Shown here: positions 8,673 through 16,669 of the stretch, piece after piece
How positions within the stretch are numbered: the stretch's first letter is position 1
Layout: every line of letters begins with the position of its first letter
From: Eledone cirrhosa
Lineage: Eukaryota
Direction of reading: 5' to 3'
NCBI GenBank assembly: GCA_964016885.1
Contig: CAXHJY010000867.1
Location: 1-16,669, forward strand
DNA: 16,669 nucleotides
Position numbers and translations under genes: made by a program
Notes under the pieces: model-generated
Told to the model about the DNA's origin: nothing
The model's database searches: none
Seen by the model: only the letters and a program-made list of their open reading frames with translations

Positions 8673-9549
8673 TCTATATATATAAAGCTGTGGTTGTCTG
8701 TCTGTCTATCGATTTTTGGCACACATCTCCTCTTAGAATCTCTCACGGAATTGCACCGAAATTGCTATACTTGTACATTGAGCCCTAGCGAAGACATCGG
8801 AAAAAAAAAATTTCAAATTGACCCACCCTATGTGACGAAATCGAATATAATGTATCGATTTTTGAGCGTAAGTGATCAGTTATTTCCCTTTGTTCTGTTT
8901 ACATTGAGCGTCTTACGTAAAAAATTACGCTGGCTTTCTTAGCGTTTAAAATGACATTAACACAATACACTAAGCTTCCGTTTTGCTTCATTTCCATTTA
9001 AAAGCATTTTAAAACAATATTTTTACTTGAAAACAAGTCTATTTAAAGACTACGTAAAACAAGCAAATATTTCGTCGTTAGGCGTGCAGACAGACAGTCG
9101 TGCAGAGAGGTGATATAGGCGTGCAGACAGACAGTCGTGCAGAGAGGTGATATAGGCGTGCAGACAGAAAGTCGTGCAGAGAGGTGATATAGGCGTGCAG
9201 ACAGACAGTCGTGCAGAGAGGTGATATAGGCGTGCAGACAGACATAACTGATAATTTGGTTACGCTAATGTTTTTCTCTGCGTTGCAGTGTTTACATTTT
9301 CGATCTTTGTTAATAAATAACCAGTGCAGTTTTTATCCCCAGCATCCTCTTTTGTTATAACATTCGGGTTATCGTTATGTTTTCTTAACTTCATAAGGCA
9401 TATTGTTGGTTGAGGGAATATTAATCAAAAACACCACATGCAAGTCTGCACAGTAGACACTACAGTTTTTAAGCCAAAAAAGAAACTTAACATTGTAACT
9501 TTAACACAGCTACTGAGCGACCCCGAGCAACGCCGGGCTTTACTGCTAG
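8673..9549 (+). mobile_element. Apparently complete non-autonomous Helitron (877 bp)
   Basis: 5' TC (TCTATATATATAAAGCTG...TTGTCTGTCTGTC) preceded by A8672; 3' GC-rich hairpin cccg(a)gc-aac-gccggg at 9522-9537, 8 nt before CTAG (9546-9549), followed by T9550; no target-site duplication. These are the canonical Helitron hallmarks. Confidence 0.85.
9079..9244. repeat. 37-bp tandem repeat x4.5 inside the Helitron
   Basis: taggcgtgcagacagacagtcgtgcagagaggtgata at 9079, 9116, 9153, 9190 and 9227 (partial); one substitution in copy 3. Confidence 0.97.
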
Positions 9550-9646
9550 TATATATATATATATACCACGATAAATTAACGGAGGCATGTGCCCTCGCTA
9601 CTCCCTATATATATATATATATATCGCCATAGAGCTCGTATACATT

Positions 9647-11400
9647 GGTGGTTGTGATTTTAGTAATGATTGTAATATTGGTGGTATGGTGTTGGCGGGG
9701 ATGATGATAAAGGTGCTGGTGATGGTATTGGTGGGGATTGTTATATTTATAGTAGGAATATTGGTGGTGTTGGTGGTAGTGGTGTTGGTGTTGGTGATAG
9801 TGATGTTGGAGGTAGTGGTGTTGGTGGTAGTGGTGTTGGTGGTAGTGATGCTGGTGGTAGTGGTGTTGGTGTTGGTGGTAGTGATGCTGGAGGTAGTGGT
9901 GCTGGAGGTAGTGGTGTTGGTGGTAGTGGTGTTGGTGGTAGTGATGTTGGTGATAATGGTGGTAGTGGTGTTGGTGGTAGTGGTGTTGGTGGTAGTGGTG
10001 TTGGTGGTAGTGGTGTTGGTGGTAGTGGTGTTGGTGATAATGGTGGTAGTGGTGTTGGTGTTGGTGGTAGTGATGCTGGAGGTAGTGGTGTTGGTGGTAG
10101 TGGTGTTGGTGGTAGTGGTGGTAGTGGTGTTGGTAGTAGTGGTGTTGGTGGTAGTGGTGTTGGTGGTAGTGGTGTTGGTGGTAGTGATGCTGGAGGTAGT
10201 GGTGTTGGTGGTAGTGGTGTTGGTGGTAGTGGTGGTAGTGGTGTTGGTAGTAGTGGTGTTGGTGGTAGTGGTGTTGGTGGTAGTGGTGTTGGTGGTAGTG
10301 ATGCTGGAGGTAGTGGTGTTGGTGGTAGTGGTGTTGGTGGTAATGGTGGTAGTGATGCTGGAGGTAGTGGTGTTGGTGGTAGTGGTGGTAGTGGTGTTGG
10401 TAGTAGTGGTGTTGGTGGTAGTGGTGTTGGTGATAATGGTGGTAGTGGTGTTGGTGGTAGTGATGCTGGAGGTAGTGGTGTTGGTGGTAGTGGTGTTGGT
10501 GGTAGTGGTGGTAGTGATGTTGGTAGTAGTGGTGTTGGTAGTAGTGGTGTTGGTGGTAGTGGTGTTGGTGGTAGTGGTGGTAGTGATGTTGGTAGTAGTG
10601 GTGTTGGTGGTAGTGGTGTTGGTGATAATGGTGGTAGTGGTGTTGGTAGTAGTGATGCTGGAGGTAGTGGTGTTGGTGGTAGTGGTGGTAGTGGTGTTGG
10701 TAGTAGTGGTGTTGGTGGTAGTGGTGTTGGTGATAATGGTGGTAGTGGTGTTGGTGGTAGTGGTGTTGGTGATAGTGATGCTGGAGGTAGTGGTGTTGGT
10801 GGTAGTGGTGGTAGTGGTGTTGGTAGTAGTGGTGTTGGTGGTAGTGGTGTTGGTGGTAGTGGTGTTGGTGGTAGTGATGCTGGAGGTAGTGGTGTTGGTG
10901 GTAGTGGTGTTGGTGGTAATGGTGGTAGTGATGCTGGAGGTAGTGGTGTTGGTGGTAGTGGTGGTAGTGGTGTTGGTAGTAGTGGTGTTGGTGGTAGTGG
11001 TGTTGGTGATAATGGTGGTAGTGGTGTTGGTGGTAGTGATGCTGGAGGTAGTGGTGTTGGTGGTAGTGGTGTTGGTGGTAGTGGTGGTAGTGATGTTGGT
11101 AGTAGTGGTGTTGGTAGTAGTGGTGTTGGTGGTAGTGGTGTTGGTGGTAGTGGTGGTAGTGATGTTGGTAGTAGTGGTGTTGGTGGTAGTGGTGTTGGTG
11201 ATAATGGTGGTAGTGGTGTTGGTAGTAGTGATGCTGGAGGTAGTGGTGTTGGTGGTAGTGGTGGTAGTGGTGTTGGTAGTAGTGGTGTTGGTGGTAGTGG
11301 TGTTGGTGATAATGGTGGTAGTGGTGTTGGTGGTAGTGGTGTTGGTGATAGTGATGCTGGAGGTAGTGGTGTTGGTGGTAGTGGTATTGGTATAGTGGTA
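9647..11400. repeat. GGT-derived 15-bp minisatellite (ggtggtagtggtgtt) with variant units and a 576-bp higher-order duplication
   Basis: Directly visible; rare markers recur 576 bp apart (ggtaatgg 10341/10917; gatagtgatgc 10771/11347). Confidence 0.95.
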
Positions 11401-11576
11401 TTAGTGGTAGTAGTAGTGGTATTGGTAGTAGAAATAGTAATGTTAGTAGTAGTAGTAGTAGTGGTGTTAGTAGAAGTGTTGGTAGTGGTAGTAGTGGTAT
11501 TAGTGGTAGTAGTGGTATTGGTAGTACTAGTGTTAGTAGTAGTAGTTTGTTGGTAGTGGTAGTGTTTGTAGTATTG

Positions 11577-11611
<35 letters not shown>

Positions 11612-11624
11612 TGGTAGGGCTGTT

Positions 11625-11665
<41 letters not shown>

Positions 11666-11678
11666 TGGTAGGGCTGTT

Positions 11679-11719
<41 letters not shown>

Positions 11720-11732
11720 TGGTAGGGCTGTT

Positions 11733-11765
<33 letters not shown>

Positions 11766-11770
11766 ATGGT
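11401..11770. repeat. (AGT)n array including three 54-bp units marked by ttggtagggctgttg
   Basis: Marker at 11611, 11665 and 11719. Confidence 0.93.
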
Positions 11771-11834
11771 ATTGTCATTTATTGACTTGTTAGAGAGTTT
11801 GATGGATGACTAGAAGACAGGAAATAATGGGACA

Positions 11835-12750
11835 CTCTCCCCACAACCATCTCTTTCTCCTCTCTCTCTCCTCTCTCTCTCTCTCCCCACAACCATCACC
11901 TCATATTCCTCTCTCTATACTTCTTACCATCTCTCTCTCTCTCTCCTCTCTCTCTCTCCCCTCTCTCTCTCCTCTCTCTCTCTCACTCTCCTCTCTCTCT
12001 CACTCTCCTCTCTCTCTCACTCTCCCCACAACCATCACCTCATATTCCCCTCTCTATACTTCTTACCATCTCTCTCTCTCTCTTCTCTCTCTCTCACTCT
12101 CCTCTCTCTCTCACTCTCCCCACAACCATCACCTCATATTCCCCTCTCTATACTTCTTACCATCTCTCTCTCTCTCTCCTCTCTCTCTCACTCTCCCCAC
12201 ACCCATCACCTCATATTCCCCTCTCTGTACTTCTTACCATCTCTCTCTCTCTCCTCTCTCTCTCTCCTCTCTCTCTCTCTCACTCTCCTCTCTCTCACTC
12301 TCCCCACAACCATCACCTCATATTCCCCTCTCTATACTTCTTACCATCTCTCTCTCTCTCTCCTCTCTCTCTCACTCTCATCTCTCTCTCTCTCCCCACA
12401 ACCATCACCTCATATTCCCCTCTCTATACTTCTTACCATCTCCTCTCTCTCCTCTCTCTCTCACTCTCCCCACACCCATCACCTCATATTCCCCTCCCTG
12501 TACTTCTTACCATCCCTCTCTCTCTCCTCTCTCTCTCCTCTCTCTCTCTCCCCACACCCATCACCTCATATTCCCCTCTCTATACTTCTTACCATCTCTC
12601 TCTCGCTCCCTCCTCTCTCTCTCCCTCTCACTCCTCCTCCTCTCTCTCCCTCTCACTCCTACTCTCACTCCTCCTCTGACTCTCTCTTTCGCTCTCTCTC
12701 GCTCCTCGTCTCCCTATCTCTTTGGCTCTCTCTCCCCCTCTCTCTCTCTG
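11835..12750. repeat. Pyrimidine-rich minisatellite: 48-bp core x8 separated by variable (CT)n tracts
   Basis: Core ctccccacaaccatcacctcatattcccctctctatacttcttaccat at 11883, 12022, 12116, 12193, 12300, 12392, 12466 and 12548. Confidence 0.93.
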
Positions 12751-12769
12751 CATATATTTATATACTTAC

Positions 12770-12832
<63 letters not shown>

Positions 12833-12862
12833 CATATATGTACATGCCCATACATACACACA
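12751..12862. repeat. (TA)n microsatellite
   Basis: Directly visible. Confidence 0.95.
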
Positions 12863-12924
12863 TTCTCTCTGTTAGCCTCTTCCTCACCTTTCACTCACTC
12901 ACTCTGTTACTACCTCTCCTCCTC

Positions 12925-13165
12925 CTCCTTCTTCCCGTTTGACCTGTGCGTAATTCTTTTCTTTCGCACGCTTGGCCAGGCCGGTCGGCATTTTTTCTCT
13001 CTCTCGTCTACGATTTCACAGAACTTATGTTTACCGAATTCACAGACTAGACCCCTTCTTCCTCCCGTTAGACCTGTGCGAAATTCCTTCCTTGCTCACA
13101 TTTCAACCAGGTTTGATGGTCTTTATTCTCTCTCGTTCACGATTTCACCGAACTTATATTCATGG
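12925..13165. repeat. Old, diverged ~130-bp tandem duplication
   Basis: gacctgtgcg at 12941 and 13071; cgatttcac-gaacttat at 13011 and 13140; flanks similar (tcccgtt, tctctctcgt). Confidence 0.8.
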
Positions 13166-13402
13166 AAATTTTTGAACTTGACTCGCTCTTCCTCATTTTT
13201 CGTTGCTTCACCATCTTTGTTTGTTTACACTCTCGCTGTTCCCTTTATTTACATGTCCCAACGACTTTCTTTAGCCGTTGCTCGCACCAACCGGAGGTAT
13301 ATGGTCTTTAAAGCGAAGAAATACCGATGATGGTTGGAAGATCACTGATGAAGGACCACTTTATTCATATGTAACCCATTTGCAACTCCGCAGCACGTTT
13401 AT

Positions 13403-13406
<4 letters not shown>

Positions 13407-13459
<53 letters not shown>

Positions 13460-13713
13460 TAGGAGGTGAGTTTTATTGTAGTACAATAAAGCAATGCAGA
13501 TATCGGATAAGATGCACTCTACAGTTTGTAGGACTGGTATATACATAATATATAAGATTTAAAACTACACTATCCACAAGTGTTTTTAACCTTCATATCA
13601 TGTCTTCCTATTTTATCTGATGAAAACACAAATGTTATTGCATGATGATATTTGTTTTTGAAATGCGCATAATAAAATACATGCAACTTTTTTAACCATC
13701 TTTTGATCTTATA

Positions 13714-13760
<47 letters not shown>

Positions 13761-14006
13761 GCCCATACTTACATACATACAGATATATATATACATATGT
13801 ACATGCCCATACACACACACACACACAACACACACACACATATGTGTGTGTGTGTGTGTTGTGTCTGCTCTGCTCCACCAATTTACGTAATGAATCTATG
13901 AGTTCCTTGACAATGACGAATATGGTGGTGATATTTCATTATGGAATTACGATCCCAGGACATTTGTACAGCAGTCTGTATTGGAACACACACACACACT
14001 CACATG

Positions 14007-14038
<32 letters not shown>

Positions 14039-14076
14039 CATACATATATACACATATACACATATACACTCACATG

Positions 14077-14144
<68 letters not shown>

Positions 14145-14433
14145 AATCTTTGATTGGTCTGTTTCGATACCAAATCAAATTCACACACACATATATACAC
14201 ACACACACACATACACACACATACACACATACACACACATACACACGCATACACACACACACACACACATACACACACATACACACACACACATACACAC
14301 ACATACACACATACACATACACACACACATACATACACACACATACACACATACACACGCACGCACGCACACACATACATACACACACACACATACACAC
14401 ACATACACATACATACACACACATACATATACA
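13407..14433. repeat. Cluster of (TA)n and (CA)n/(CATA)n microsatellites (13407-13456, 13710-13862, 13986-14142, 14182-14433) separated by short unique spacers
   Basis: Directly visible. Confidence 0.93.
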
Positions 14434-14556
14434 TTCTTCTTCTTTTTCTTCTCCTTCTCTCCCCCCTCTATACTCTCTCTCTATCTAACCCTCTTCAGCT
14501 AACGTGTCTTTACTACCTGCTTCTCACCTTCACTCTATTTTTGTCATTATTCCTAC

Positions 14557-15320
14557 TGTTGTTGTTGTTGTGGTTACTGCCGTTGTTGTTGTGGTTACTG
14601 CCGTTGTTGTTGTTGTTGGTGTGGTCACTGCCGTTGTTGTTGTGGTTACTGTCGTTGTTGTTGTTGTTGTGGTTACTGCCGTTGTTGTTGTTGTGGTTAC
14701 TGCCGTTGTTGTTGTGGTTACTGCCGTTGTTGTTGTGGTTACTGCCGTTGTTGTTGTTGTGGTTACTGCCGTTGTTGTTGTTGTTGTGGTTACTGCCGTT
14801 GTTGTTGTGGTTACTGCCGTTGTTGTTGTTGTTACTGCCGTTGTTGTTGTGGTTACTGCCGTTGTTGTTGTTGTTGTGGTTACTGCCGTTGTTGTTGTTG
14901 TTGTGGTTACTGCCGTTGTTGTTGTTGGTGTGGTTACTGTCGTTGTTGTTGTGGTTACTCTTGTTGTTGTGGTTACTGCCGTTGTTGTTGTGGTTACTGC
15001 CGTTGTTGTTGTGGTGGTGGTTACTGCCGTTGTTGTTGTTGTGGTGGTGGTTACTGCCGTTGTTGTTGTTGTTGTGGTTACTGCCGTTGTTGTTGTTGTG
15101 GTTACTGCCGTTGTTGTTGTGGTTACTGCCGTTGTTGTTGTTGTTGTGGTACTGCCGTTGTTGTTGTGGTTACTGCTGCTGTTGTTGTTGTTGTGGTTAC
15201 TGACGTTGTTGTTGTGGTTACTGCTGTTGTTGTTGTTGTGGTTACGGCCGTTGTTGTTGTTGTTGTTGTTGTTGTGGTTACTGCCGTTGTTGTTGTGGTT
15301 ACTGCTGCTGTTGATGTTGT
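14557..15320. repeat. GTT-derived minisatellite: gtggttactgcc followed by variable (gtt)n, mostly 21-27 bp per unit
   Basis: Directly visible; roughly 30 units. Confidence 0.95.
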
Positions 15321-15344
15321 TATTTTTATTTTTATGGTTCTTAT

Positions 15345-16090
15345 TGTTTGTGGAGATGGTGGTGGAGATGGTGGTAGTGGTGCTTGTAACGATGGTTGTG
15401 GTGATGGTGATGATTTTCCTAGTGGTGGAAATGTAAGTGGTGTTGGTGGTGTTTGTGGAGGTGGTGGTGGTGGTGGTCGAGTCGGTGGTAGTTGTGGTAA
15501 TGGTGGTGGTGTTGTAGGTGGTGGTGGTGGTGTAGTTGGTGGTGTTGGTGTTGGTTGTGCTGGTGGTGATGGCGGTGCTCGTGTTATTAGTGGTGGTGGT
15601 GTTGGTGTTGGTATGGTGGTGGTGGTGGTGGTGGTTCTGGTAGAGGAGATGGTGGTGGTAGTGGTGGTCGAGTTGGTGGTAGTTGTGGTAATGGTGGTGT
15701 TGGAGGTGGTGGTGGTGGTTGAGTTTGTATGGTGGTGGTGGTGGTGGTAAAGTAGATGGTGGTGGTAATGGTGGTGGTGGTGGAGGTTTGTTGGGGTTGG
15801 ATAGATTAATTAATTTTCCCTTCAAAATATTAGACATGTTGAAGGGGACAGATGATGGGGAGGAGGAGGAGGTAGAGAACGTGGTGGAGGGTGAGAGGAG
15901 GAGGAGGGTGAGTGACGAGGTGGAGGAGTAGTGTCGGTTGAATGGAGGAGGGGGGGTGTTTACTGAAAGAGGTGGGACACAACTATATAAACATGTTGAA
16001 GGGAGAAAGAGTGGCGTAGGAGTAGCATGAGGGAGGAGGAGGAGTAGTTTGAGATGAAGAGGGTGGGTAGTAGGTAGGGGAGGAGGATGT
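15345..16090. repeat. Degenerate (GGT)n array (15345-15795) followed by a GGA-rich low-complexity tract
   Basis: Directly visible. Confidence 0.88.
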
Positions 16091-16160
16091 GACGTAATGG
16101 CAGCTACGTAAACAGAAATAAAGAAGGAAACCTGAACAAGATGAAGAAATCAATTAAAGT

Positions 16161-16669
16161 GAGATCACAGCTCCGATACTATGGACATGTGGTTAGAGCG
16201 TCTCAGGAAAGAATCACTGGAGAGTCACTCCAGGTAGAGCTGCTACTTCTCCTAATTGAGATATCACAGCTCCAATACTATGGACATGTGGTTAGGATGT
16301 CTCAGGAAAGAATCATTGGAGAGTCACTCCAGGTAGAGCTGCTACTTCTTCTAATTGAGAGATCACAGCTCTGATACTATGGACATGTGGTTAGAGCGTC
16401 TCAGGAAAGAATCACTGGAGAGTCACTCCAGATAGAGCTGCTACTTCTCCTAATTGAGAGATCACAGCTCTGATACTATGGACATGTGGTTAGGATGTCT
16501 CAGGAAAGAATCATTGGAGAGTCACTCCAGGTAGAGCTGCTACTTCTTCTAATTGAGATATCACAGCTCTGATACTATGGACATGTGGTTAGAACGTCTC
16601 AGGTAAGAATCATTGGAGAGTCACTCCAGGTAGAGCTGCTACTTCTTCTAATTGAGATATCACAGCTCT
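16161..16669 (+). repeat. 99-bp tandem repeat (>=5 copies, runs off the window) derived from RTE-like LINE coding sequence
   Basis: atcacagctc at 16164, 16263, 16362, 16461, 16560 and 16659. The unit translates as ESLQVELLLLLIERSQL(R/Q/*)YYGHVVRMSQERI, matching the LINE post-RT 'QLRW.GH..RM...R' motif (compare QRLRWSGHLARMKDSRI in the ORF at 1..1068). Confidence 0.88.

Noticed and set aside
9587-11813. 602-aa poly-Val membrane protein, or mucin-like Thr repeats on the minus strand
   Set aside because: Trinucleotide-based minisatellite with no unique domain or splice support.
11806-12942. 378-aa Leu/Ser ORF, or a repeat-spacer CRISPR-like array
   Set aside because: A CT-rich minisatellite whose 'spacers' are (CT)n and whose cores fall in different frames.
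13303-13357. Hammerhead ribozyme at CTGATGA (13345); CTGATGA also occurs near 8170 and 13617
   Set aside because: No correctly placed GAAA (TAAA follows the potential stem II) and stems I and III do not form.
14142-14180. Hairpin accaatc-ttt-gattggt between microsatellites
   Set aside because: A 7-bp stem is expected by chance, with no other support.
13703-15931. HT-rich, poly-Thr (435 aa), poly-Val and poly-Leu ORFs
   Set aside because: Translations of CA, GTT and GGT repeats.
16141-16374. 77-aa ORF as a functional gene
   Set aside because: It is two units of the LINE-derived 99-bp repeat; later units carry in-frame TGA.

Overview
Repeat-dominated eukaryotic (animal) DNA with no prokaryotic features. 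The very dense AT/GT/GGT/GTT microsatellites, an RTE LINE carrying C2H2 fingers and a SINE relic resemble cephalopod (Octopus-like) DNA; this taxon guess is inference only. The only convincing coding sequence is the 3' part of an intact RTE-clade LINE ORF (1..1068: post-RT region plus three C2H2 zinc fingers). Other transposon-derived pieces are a ~600-bp putative non-autonomous RTE derivative sharing that LINE's 3' stem-loop (2281..2882), a mariner-like MITE (6455..6677), a tandemly amplified Tc2/pogo-like terminal repeat (6784..7064), a SINE relic (8398..8520) and an apparently complete 877-bp non-autonomous Helitron inserted into a minisatellite (8673..9549). A 99-bp satellite built from LINE coding sequence starts near 16161 and runs off the window, and a 124-bp x15 satellite occupies 4558..6433. 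Almost all other listed ORFs are translations of microsatellites. I found no evidence for a wholly new biological system. The most interesting signals are transposon parts turning into tandem repeats and the LINE/non-autonomous partner pair.
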